54,871 bases of DNA from Desulfurococcales archaeon (GTDB lineage: Archaea; Thermoproteota; Thermoprotei_A; Sulfolobales; NBVN01), in the NCBI GenBank assembly GCA_027002995.1, contig JALWZB010000087.1:1-54871 (forward strand), written 5' to 3'. The notes below the pieces were generated by a model. It was not told where the DNA came from. It did not search any database and saw nothing but the letters and a program-made list of their open reading frames with translations. Position 1 is the first letter of the stretch. Each line of letters begins with the position of its first letter. Positions 9,967 through 17,253 of this stretch are shown here, in pieces. The translations under genes and the position numbers were made by a program.

Positions 9967-10689
9967 TCAGACTAACTCACGCTCACCGGGGAGTTGCTTT
10001 ACAACGTAGATCTTTTCTAACTCCCCCTCAATGAGTTGGCGCCAGCGGTCCGAGACCGCCACTATCGAGAATAGCCCTATAGGTGTCGCTCCAGCCATCT
10101 TAATCAGCTTTATCAGAGCCTTGGAAGTCCTGCCCGTGTTTAGGAGGTCGTCAACTATGAGTACCCTGTCACTCACGCTTAGAAATGAGGCAGGCAGGAA
10201 CAGGTTCACGACGGCTGGCGGGTCCCTTGCTAAGTAACTTGTCTGGTAGTACTCCTTAATGCCGAACTCAGGCTTCTTTCTCGCTATCACTAGGCTAGTG
10301 TCAAGCACGCTCGCTACCTTAACCGCTATGGGGATACCGTCCACCTCAACTGTGGCGACAGCCGTTATGTTATACTTGTGGAATTCTCTGTAGGCTAGGT
10401 ACGCGAATATCTTGAGCAGTGAGGGATTATATATTACTTTCGAGAGATTGTAGATGTTATCCCCGACCTCTATGATGTTATCTCTGAGCACCCGATCTAT
10501 TACCTGGGGCTGTGTTAACTTTTTAACAAGCTCCTGTGCCCTCTCCGTGCTCGGCATGATCTTCATGTTAATGTACCTCCATAGTGCGGGTGCTGGGAGG
10601 CCTGTGATTGCCTCTAGGTCCTTATACTTAAACACCTTCTTGTAGGATCGGAGTAGCTCGATAGCGAATATCCTTATGTCTGTGAGCAT
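9967..10689 (-). CDS. phosphoribosyltransferase-domain protein with an N-terminal winged-helix domain (PurR/GfcR-like)
   Basis: PRPP-binding motif VLIVDDLLNTGRT in the C-terminal half. The N-terminal ~60 aa look like an HTH (YKDLEAITGLPAPALWRYIN). Confidence 0.6.
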   Translation of the reverse strand: MLTDIRIFAIELLRSYKKVFKYKDLEAITGLPAPALWRYINMKIMPSTERAQELVKKLTQPQVIDRVLRDNIIEVGDNIYNLSKVIYNPSLLKIFAYLAYREFHKYNITAVATVEVDGIPIAVKVASVLDTSLVIARKKPEFGIKEYYQTSYLARDPPAVVNLFLPASFLSVSDRVLIVDDLLNTGRTSKALIKLIKMAGATPIGLFSIVAVSDRWRQLIEGELEKIYVVKQLPGERELV

Positions 10690-10844
10690 TTAGCCCACCT
10701 CAGTCTCAAGTTCATGTTAAAGTACGACTTATAAGTTTATATCAGTTAAGTAAAACAGTGAGGACAGGTGGTGGTGTTCTGTTACCTTAAACTGTCAATA
10801 GGGGGTTAAACGGTGGAATACTTATTCATATGTTAACACAGTCT

Positions 10845-11144
10845 CTACTCCTCAACCATTAGCCCGGCAGCAACCTTATCCAAGAACTTAGGGTCGCTGA
10901 CATCAGATGCTAGCTTTGAGGTGATCTTGTATATTAGAGTCGCTAGGTCTTCACTTAATTCCATGACCTCACCCATCGCTATGATCTTCGGCTTGCCCTT
11001 ACCTGTCGTTACAACTAAGTGAACATTTAGGCCGACTTCATCCCTTAGGTACGATTTAATTAACTGGATCTTCTTGAGTACCTCAGGCTTGCTTCCAAAG
11101 GGTATTGAAGCTATCAGCGTTATGTCCCGCATAAATGCCCTCAC
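10845..11144 (-). CDS. hypothetical protein
   Basis: 99-aa ORF with no recognisable motif. Confidence 0.35.
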   Translation of the reverse strand: MRAFMRDITLIASIPFGSKPEVLKKIQLIKSYLRDEVGLNVHLVVTTGKGKPKIIAMGEVMELSEDLATLIYKITSKLASDVSDPKFLDKVAAGLMVEE

Positions 11145-11321
11145 CAGTACCTTAGTTAGTGGCGATACAGCTTAAAAGGCTGGTACCGTTTACTTAGTGT
11201 CGCCTGGAATTAGATGGTGTGATGATCGGCGTGCTTGGTTGTGCTTGCTTTAGTTAGTTTGCTTTATATCAAACATTTATATAGAACGACGCAATATTAT
11301 ACTTTAATGGGGTGATAGGAA

Positions 11322-11753
11322 ATGGCAGTTAAAACAAAACCAAAGGAGCTGGAGGTTGTTTACGAGGACGAGGACGTGTTAGTGGTTAGGGCACCCGACG
11401 ACGAGGAGCTGGAGAGGCTAGTTGTTGATATAATAAGGAGGAAGGGAAGGCCCGTTACCTGGAAGGAGCTGAGGAAGGAGCTGAGCGGATTAGCTGGTGA
11501 GGACAGGCTCAGGAAGGTACTGGTGCGACTGATTGAGCGTGACGTAGTGATCGAGATGATTGACGGCACGTTCGGTCTAAAGGGCATGGAAGCTACTTAC
11601 GTACCTAGGAGAATTAAGAAGCGTGTCAGGCCGTTAGTGCCGACGAAGTTCAGGGAGAGGTGGGGAGCCATAGTCGGTAGTAGGGGCAGTATCGCCGCAG
11701 CCATACAGTACCTTCGCGAGATTAAGCTAAGGGAGAAACGCGCCGTGAATTGA
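11322..11753 (+). CDS. hypothetical protein, probable winged-helix domain
   Basis: 143 aa. VVDIIRRKGRPVTWKELRKELSGLAGEDRLRKVLVRLIERDVVIE is wHTH-like. An AT-rich promoter-like tract lies upstream. Confidence 0.45.
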   Translation: MAVKTKPKELEVVYEDEDVLVVRAPDDEELERLVVDIIRRKGRPVTWKELRKELSGLAGEDRLRKVLVRLIERDVVIEMIDGTFGLKGMEATYVPRRIKKRVRPLVPTKFRERWGAIVGSRGSIAAAIQYLREIKLREKRAVN

Positions 11754-11889
11754 GGTTGCTGCATGCCCGCGTAGCGTTCGTGGCTTGAGCGTTGATTCTC
11801 GTTGCGCGTGTTGACTTTAAGTTCTTTTTTACTTGAAGCTCCCTGCGTGATTTACTTAACCTCCTCTCATTTAAAGAGTATTGTAGTTT

Positions 11890-12105
11890 ATGATGTGGGG
11901 GTGCTTTGTAGTGGGTTCGCCTTTAAGTGCCGAGGATTTGGGTGAGTGTGAGGAAGCTGTTGAGATTAGGTTGGTTGGTAGGTCTTACTTCGTTAGGTTG
12001 AAGTCAGGCGGTTCAGCCTTTATTCCTGTTGACAAGATATGCGAGGCTCTCAAGAGGTACGGCATCTGTGTTCCGGAGGAGCTTAAGGGTAAGTGTAAGG
12101 GGTGA
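11890..12105 (+). CDS. small hypothetical protein
   Basis: 71 aa. Its G/T-ending codon usage matches other plus-strand genes in this segment. Confidence 0.3.
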   Translation: MMWGCFVVGSPLSAEDLGECEEAVEIRLVGRSYFVRLKSGGSAFIPVDKICEALKRYGICVPEELKGKCKG

Positions 12106-12110
12106 TTGCC

Positions 12111-12986
12111 CTATGCTACGCGCCGCGGTTTTGGCTTGCTCCTTAGTATTTTATGCCACGCGTCCCTAATTTTCAGCGCGTCATCCTCTAGCGAGGGAGA
12201 TTCGCAGATCAGGACACCCTTAACGTTAAAGTCTTTGAGGGCCTTCAGCACGTTCTCCCACTGGAACTCAGATTCGTGGAAGTTCAGGTGCTTCCTTTCC
12301 CCACGAGGACCGTACTCCATGCCGGACATGTGTATGTGCATGTTCTTCAAGGCTTCATTGCCGAGCCTCTTCTCTATTAATTCTAGTGCTTCAGAGAATT
12401 TCTCGTAGGTGTTGAATTCCCCTAGGCTTCTGGCGTAGAGGTGTGCGAAGTCTATAGCTATTGATGCGTTGTCTATTCCGTCCACCATGTCTATGACTTC
12501 CTCTAGGGAACCTATCTCAGCTAGTCCCCCCATGGTTTCGGGGCGAATCCAGATTTCTATTCCTTCGTTCTTGAGTTGTTTGATTATCTTCTTGAGTGCT
12601 TCTCTGACCCTTCTGACTCCTTGTTCAGAGGGTGTTTTACCGTAATACCCTGGGTGAAAGACGACAGACCATGCGCCTGCTTTATAGCCTGCCCTTGCTG
12701 AGTCGAGTATCCTCTTTATTGATGCTTCAACCTTGGCTGGGTCGTTTGAGAGGAGGTTGACGTAGTATGGGGCGTGCACGGTTAGTATGACGCCGCTTTC
12801 CTCTGCGGCCCTTCTCGTTTCCTCGGCTAGCTTATCGCTCATCCTTACTCCTCTGACAAACTCTATTTCCATTGCGTCGAGACCTAGCTCAGCTACCCTC
12901 CTGACGCCTTCGGGCGTTGATTTCTTCTTCGTTGAGTGAGGTATTCCTGCCGGACCTATGTGGAGACCGCTTGGTTTCCTACTCAA
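12111..12986 (-). CDS. nfo: endonuclease IV-like AP endonuclease (xylose-isomerase-like TIM barrel)
   Basis: Blocks HAPYYVNL, VVFHPGYYG, RPETMGG and IDFAHLYA match the Nfo/AP endonuclease 2 family metal-ligand pattern. Confidence 0.7.
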   Translation of the reverse strand: MSRKPSGLHIGPAGIPHSTKKKSTPEGVRRVAELGLDAMEIEFVRGVRMSDKLAEETRRAAEESGVILTVHAPYYVNLLSNDPAKVEASIKRILDSARAGYKAGAWSVVFHPGYYGKTPSEQGVRRVREALKKIIKQLKNEGIEIWIRPETMGGLAEIGSLEEVIDMVDGIDNASIAIDFAHLYARSLGEFNTYEKFSEALELIEKRLGNEALKNMHIHMSGMEYGPRGERKHLNFHESEFQWENVLKALKDFNVKGVLICESPSLEDDALKIRDAWHKILRSKPKPRRVA

Positions 12987-13070
12987 GAAAGTTCACCCCC
13001 ACTATCATACTTTGCGGGTGAGGCTTAAACGTGCTTTCCGGTGTGGGAAGCGCATAATAGTGTTTAAGTC

Positions 13071-13412
13071 GTGTGTTATGATTGGTGGGAGAGCCTGCCC
13101 GAGCTCGTCACGCCTCCGGAGCCGAAGGAACTCAAGGAGCTTGCTAGGAGCCTCGAATCCTCGGGTATTAGCGCTAGGTACGTCTTATGGCTTGGTAATA
13201 GGTTACCTAAGTATGTGTGGGGTTATTGGGGGAAGGAGTTGAGGAGGTTGGGTGTTAGGTGGCAGGACTTCCTCTCCCTGTTCTCTGAGCTCGGAGAGGA
13301 GGTCGATGCTTGGATCTCAGGCGAGTTAAGTTGGGAGGGATTCATTGCATCCCTTAAAACCAAGTTACCTAGCAGGGGTGAGGGTCCGGTAGGCCTGCTT
13401 AAGTGGGTTTAG
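13071..13412 (+). CDS. hypothetical protein
   Basis: 113-aa ORF with no motif recognised. Confidence 0.35.
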   Translation: MCYDWWESLPELVTPPEPKELKELARSLESSGISARYVLWLGNRLPKYVWGYWGKELRRLGVRWQDFLSLFSELGEEVDAWISGELSWEGFIASLKTKLPSRGEGPVGLLKWV

Positions 13413-13512
13413 GGGTTGTGAGGTTAATATAAGAGTGACTACTTTTAGCTAGTAATCGATCATGGTCAGAAGTTTAAATATCTCTGTGAGCAAGGATTAG
13501 GTTGGTGGGAGT

Positions 13513-14406
13513 TTGTCTGATGTTACTTCGGGGCTCTACCCCAGCTTCGCTGACCTGCTGTGGCTCTTCTTCTTGATATGGATCTTCCTAACCTTCATAT
13601 CGCCTCAGCTGAAGTACCAGTCCCTTAAGAACGCGAGGGCCGCACTAATAAGGGAGATTGAGGCGAAACTCGGCGCGAAGGTAATAACCATGATTCACAG
13701 GCAGGAGAGGATAAGTCTCTTCGGCATACCCATATACAAGTTCATAGACATAGAGGACTCCGAGCAAGTACTTAGGGCGATAAGGTCAACACCACCCGAC
13801 CAGCCAATAGCGATGATACTGCACACGCCAGGCGGCCTAATGCTGGCAGCATCACAAATAGCTATGGCGCTGAGGCGGCACCCAGCGAAGAAGATAGTCA
13901 TAGTACCCCACTACGCCATGAGCGGAGGCACGCTAATAGCCCTAGCGGCAGACGAAATATGGATGGATCCAGACGCAGTACTAGGTCCGGTAGACCCACA
14001 ACTAACAACACAAACAGGACAATACCCAGCACCATCGATAATAAGGGTAGTCAAGGAGAAAGGCATCGACAAGGTCAGCGACCAAACACTCATCATGGCA
14101 GACATGGCAGAAAAAGCACTCAACCAAACGAAGAAACTAGTAACGAAGCTACTGGAAGGAAAACTACCCCCGCAACAAATAGAGAAGGTAATCGAAAAAC
14201 TAGTCATGGGCACATACACCCACGACTGGCCAATAACACCCGAAGACCTACAAGAACTAGGACTAAACATCAAAACACAACTACCACCCGAAATATACGA
14301 ACTCATGGAACTATACCCGCAAGAAAAACCAACACGCCCAACAGTAGAATACATACCAGGCCCAATACCACCAACCCACCCAACAAAACACACAAAACAA
14401 AAATAA
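13513..14406 (+). CDS. membrane-anchored ClpP-fold serine protease (SDH / NfeD-SppA-like family)
   Basis: N-terminal TM helix, then ILHTPGGLMLAASQIAMALR...VPHYAMSGGTLIALAADEIWM, typical of serine dehydrogenase proteinase / ClpP-class peptidases. It ends in a Pro/Thr/Lys-rich tail. Confidence 0.7.
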   Translation: MSDVTSGLYPSFADLLWLFFLIWIFLTFISPQLKYQSLKNARAALIREIEAKLGAKVITMIHRQERISLFGIPIYKFIDIEDSEQVLRAIRSTPPDQPIAMILHTPGGLMLAASQIAMALRRHPAKKIVIVPHYAMSGGTLIALAADEIWMDPDAVLGPVDPQLTTQTGQYPAPSIIRVVKEKGIDKVSDQTLIMADMAEKALNQTKKLVTKLLEGKLPPQQIEKVIEKLVMGTYTHDWPITPEDLQELGLNIKTQLPPEIYELMELYPQEKPTRPTVEYIPGPIPPTHPTKHTKQK

Positions 14407-14607
14407 AGAACCCGCAAACCACACGCAACCCCCCCACTCCTAGCTAAGAACGAAGTAAAGGTTTTGGTTCACCTAACCGATTAATCGCTAAATCCGCATT
14501 ACTAGATACTTATTCCCTAACCTAATCAAAGTATAAAACATATGCTCTTCTCATCGTGAGGTTAAGAAGTGGTGGGGGGCACCCACACACTGGTAGCGGG
14601 GGGTGGA

Positions 14608-14640
14608 CTCTCACGGGCTGGCTTCCAATCACCAGCCCGA
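14608..14640 (-). other. tRNA intron 3 at position 59/60 in the T-loop (33 nt)
   Basis: Textbook hBHBh' motif. The T-stem GGUGG/CCACC is the outer helix. The central helix is UUCA/UGAG (4 bp). The bulges are AA|U and AG|U. The inner helix is 8 bp, CGGGCUGG/CCAGCCCG. Confidence 0.8.
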
Positions 14641-14660
14641 TTTGAACCACCGACCTCGGG

Positions 14661-14680
14661 CTCGACCCCCTTATAGGGGC
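14661..14680 (-). other. tRNA intron 2 at position 39/40 (20 nt)
   Basis: Compact BHB. Outer helix CGG (14689-14687)/CCG (14659-14657). Central helix AGAC/GUCG (3 bp plus a mismatch). Bulges AC|G and AG|C. Hairpin CCCCU-AUA-AGGGG. Confidence 0.7.
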
Positions 14681-14682
14681 GT

Positions 14683-16045
14683 GTCTCCGAGGCGGGCGGC
14701 CCGGCCATCTTGTAACTCGTATAGTCAGCTTATATACTTTCTGTGAATTCTATTAATTCGGAAACTAATTCTGCAACTTTAACTAAGCACCTAAAACTAA
14801 TTATAAATAAACTTTACGATTTTGTCAATCACAGCAACTTTCTCTAAATTACGAGAGCGTGTGAGAATGTCTATTGCTTCCCTTAATGAATCCCTGCACT
14901 TTTCTGTGATTTTAACCATCACCCTCTTATGGCTCACTATAGGTTTGGGCTTCAATTCGCTGTGCTCGCCAAGCCAGAGAGTTCTTACCCTATCAAAGGC
15001 TTCACGTTGCAGGTATAATACCAATACCTTACTCCTCCGAGGCTCCTTTCTTCGCTGAATATACGCTGAGCTTGCAGCTGTTATCAAACGCTGAAGTTCT
15101 CCCACCGTAAATCCGCATTCATAGTTCTTAGCCCAGTTAAGCAAGTATCTCTGTAGCCGCGCCCTTCTGATAGGATGGAATACTAATTCTAAACAGTTTC
15201 TAGCGAAATCCATTTTCAGGAACCTGAAGGAGACTTCATAATTCGGTCTCCCACGATATGTTCCAAGTACGATATATCCTCTTTGTTCGGCGTGTGTCAG
15301 GATGGAGTAAATCGTCCTCCCCTTTACGCTCCCTCCTTTAGCCACAGATACTGCAAGGTACTTTCCCTCCTTACCCACATATCCGTCTCCATCAATTAGA
15401 CCCGCAAGTAAGGCAGAGATGTAGGTACTGTCAAGACCATGTAGGTCGAACTGCCGGGACATCAGTACGTGAAGTAATTGAAGCAGGCTATCACGTTGTT
15501 TACGAAAAGTACCTTTGCTTAGGACGCTGATGCTAAAGTATCTTTTCTTCCCTCTGCTTTGAGGATAGATTCTCACTCTCAAGTAGGCGCGTAAGGGAAG
15601 GAAGGTCATTATCACCGCTATAGAGGTCTCCTTCGTGACACCCCTGAAAGTTATTGTTTTATATCCGCCGATCAGTGCAGAGAGATTCCCATCACATAAG
15701 ATTAGGCCAATGCTCTTCCATAGATACCTAGCCATAAGGTGAGGGCTGAGTTTATGATCATCATCATAATAAAACAGAGTTAGAGCATTATTTTTCTGAA
15801 TGGACTCAAGGATATCACCAATCAGTTCTTTATCAAGGTTCCGAAGTCTAACGACCCTCTCCATACTTCCTAACGCTCCCAGTCTTATAGGTAGCTTAAT
15901 AAAGTGAGTGTCTTTACTGATGACTATGTTCGGTTTACAATTAATATTGTGCGCTCTGACTAAATGTCTCAAACTTAAGCAACTTGAGAGCCAGGAGAAC
16001 GAAGTTAAAGGATGCGTGGGTGGTGCCGGGCCGCCCGGGGCCTCT
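14683..16045 (-). other. tRNA intron 1 at canonical position 37/38 (1,363 nt), carrying the homing endonuclease ORF
   Basis: The BHB has three helices. The anticodon stem is CGGGG/CCCCG. The central helix pairs CUCA (16051-16048) with GGAG (14688-14685): 3 bp plus one A.G mismatch. The bulges are UA|A and AC|A. The inner helix is GAGG (16044-16041)/CCUC (14692-14689). A CCC bulge follows, then a 13-bp all-GC helix, 16037-16025 with 14705-14693. Confidence 0.8.
14797..15972 (-). CDS. LAGLIDADG homing endonuclease, two-motif monomeric type, intron-encoded
   Basis: 391 aa from TTG, or 355 aa from the ATG at 15864. The first motif is KSIGLILCDGNL. The second is ISALLAGLIDGDGYVGK, about 100 aa downstream. 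The ORF is AT-rich with T-ending codons, unlike the GC-rich tRNA exons and the neighbouring genes. Confidence 0.85.
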   Translation of the reverse strand: MRHLVRAHNINCKPNIVISKDTHFIKLPIRLGALGSMERVVRLRNLDKELIGDILESIQKNNALTLFYYDDDHKLSPHLMARYLWKSIGLILCDGNLSALIGGYKTITFRGVTKETSIAVIMTFLPLRAYLRVRIYPQSRGKKRYFSISVLSKGTFRKQRDSLLQLLHVLMSRQFDLHGLDSTYISALLAGLIDGDGYVGKEGKYLAVSVAKGGSVKGRTIYSILTHAEQRGYIVLGTYRGRPNYEVSFRFLKMDFARNCLELVFHPIRRARLQRYLLNWAKNYECGFTVGELQRLITAASSAYIQRRKEPRRSKVLVLYLQREAFDRVRTLWLGEHSELKPKPIVSHKRVMVKITEKCRDSLREAIDILTRSRNLEKVAVIDKIVKFIYN

Positions 16046-16117
16046 TATGAGCCCCGCGGGCTGCCTGGCTACCCCACCCCGCTGCTTTGGCCCCCCGTTC
16101 TTTGTGGGGTTGTTTGG

Positions 16118-16124
16118 TTTTTAA
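16118..16124 (-). promoter_or_regulatory. candidate TATA box for the tRNA-iMet gene
   Basis: Minus-strand TTAAAAA lies 35-41 nt upstream of tRNA position 1, consistent with a short leader. It overlaps the stop codon of the upstream gene. Confidence 0.3.
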
Positions 16125-17164
16125 GTTTTGGTGTCTTGCTCTATTGTGTGAATTACTGTTTTACGTGCTTCTTGCTTGGCTTTTAGCCAGTCTGGTTTTG
16201 CTTGGGGTCCTGTGCCGTATAGTTTCGCGATTGTTAGTTCTAGGTCGAGTTCCGTTACTATGCCTGCTTTGTGTGCGGCGTTAAGCATCTCGTTCAGCGT
16301 TTTAGTGTGTTTTATTGTTTGGGGTAGTACGGTGACCTCCATTACGGTGTCTGTTTTGAGTACGTAGGTTATGGGTGTGTGGGGACCTATCCTGACGGTT
16401 CGGCTTCTTTCCCTTATGGCCACCTCGCCTACCTCCCCTCTTAACGCGTGGTACGCTGCCTTACCTGCCTCGGTGGTTGCTTTGGGTAGGATTTCCTCGT
16501 ATATTCTTAGGTGATCGCGCCAGAGCCCGACCGCGCCCAAGTACCCTCCCCGCTTCATGATCTCCTCAATTCTCCTGAGGACGTAGTCAGCCGGGAGCTC
16601 CCCGTCAGCCCCCGGAGCCAGGACAGCCACCGAGGAGTCGCTGAAGTGGGAGACAGCAGCGACGCTAACCGCGTCAGCCAGCGGGGACCAGAGGGAGGGC
16701 TCCCACCCCCTAGCTAGGACATCGCCGCCAACATCCAGTGCCATCAAGTGCGAGTACCCAGCCTCCCTGACCTCCTCCAGGCACTCAACAACGCCTAAGA
16801 CACCGCCCTCCAGGGTGAAGGCGGGGATCTCACCACCGAAAACCTCCGCAACGACGGAGGCGTTAGGGCGGAAAACGTAGTCCCCAGGCCTCTCAACGTA
16901 AGTGTCCTTAGACACCCATACGCACTTACCCACCCTAGCACCCCTAACGGCGTCCTTAGGCACAGGCCCGGGGAACGGGTCCTTAACCCATCGCTCCCAA
17001 AGCAGCGCCACAGGAACGCAGGACTCAACCCCAAAGAGGTCCTCGAGAACCCTACACATAACGTAAGCAGAGATAATATCCCCAGCACCACCCGCACCCA
17101 ACACAGCCACGCCCGAATCCCGAATCCTTGAAATGAATTCAGCCACACTCAAGCACCACGCCAA
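16121..17164 (-). CDS. conserved archaeal hypothetical protein (DUF1152-like)
   Basis: 347 aa. The N-terminal VAVLGAGGAGDIISA glycine-rich motif resembles the DUF1152 family. There is a sharp codon-composition switch near 16512 (see findings). Confidence 0.5.
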   Translation of the reverse strand: MAWCLSVAEFISRIRDSGVAVLGAGGAGDIISAYVMCRVLEDLFGVESCVPVALLWERWVKDPFPGPVPKDAVRGARVGKCVWVSKDTYVERPGDYVFRPNASVVAEVFGGEIPAFTLEGGVLGVVECLEEVREAGYSHLMALDVGGDVLARGWEPSLWSPLADAVSVAAVSHFSDSSVAVLAPGADGELPADYVLRRIEEIMKRGGYLGAVGLWRDHLRIYEEILPKATTEAGKAAYHALRGEVGEVAIRERSRTVRIGPHTPITYVLKTDTVMEVTVLPQTIKHTKTLNEMLNAAHKAGIVTELDLELTIAKLYGTGPQAKPDWLKAKQEARKTVIHTIEQDTKT

Positions 17165-17253
17165 GGAGGGTTTTGGGCCGGCCCCATTTAAGTTTATATT
17201 TCTTCATTAACAGTGCTAGGAGGGTAAGAGGATTGACGTTTGGACCACCTGCA

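Larger units (their letters stand above)
14591..16083 (-). tRNA. tRNA-iMet: initiator tRNA-Met (anticodon CAT at 16049-16047) interrupted by three BHB introns; CCA is genomically encoded
   Basis: Exons on the minus strand are 16083-16046 (nt 1-37), 14682-14681 (A38 C39), 14660-14641 (nt 40-59) and 14607-14591 (nt 60-76). They join to AGCGGGGUGGGGUAGCCAGGCAGCCCGCGGGGCUCAUAACCCCGAGGUCGGUGGUUCAAAUCCACCCCCCGCUACCA. This is a perfect cloverleaf with the A1:U72 pair and G29-G31:C39-C41 hallmarks of archaeal initiator tRNA. Each junction sits in a 3-nt bulge of a bulge-helix-bulge motif. Confidence 0.85.

Noticed and set aside
12253-12262. CCACTGGAAC (reverse complement GTTCCAGTGG), resembling the core of crenarchaeal origin recognition boxes
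   Set aside because: It is a single copy inside the endonuclease IV-like coding region, with no inverted partner, AT-rich unwinding element or orc1/cdc6 gene nearby.
13911-14447. Overlapping alternative-frame ORFs (168 aa minus strand, 162 aa plus strand) in the protease gene 3' region
   Set aside because: They are artefacts of the T-depleted composition, which removes stop codons from the other frames. The protease frame carries the recognisable ClpP-fold motifs.
14330-14450. A/C-only low-complexity run (ccaacccacccaacaaaacacacaaaacaaaaa...), considered as a microsatellite or integration att remnant next to the tRNA
   Set aside because: There is no repeat unit and no duplicated copy of the tRNA 3' end. 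It is explained by the Pro/Thr/Lys tail of the protease plus the local T-depleted composition.
15908-16284. Plus-strand ORFs 15908..16186 and 16087..16284
   Set aside because: They run across tRNA exon 1, its promoter and the 3' end of the minus-strand DUF1152-like gene. Their Cys/Leu/Gly-rich translations are not protein-like.
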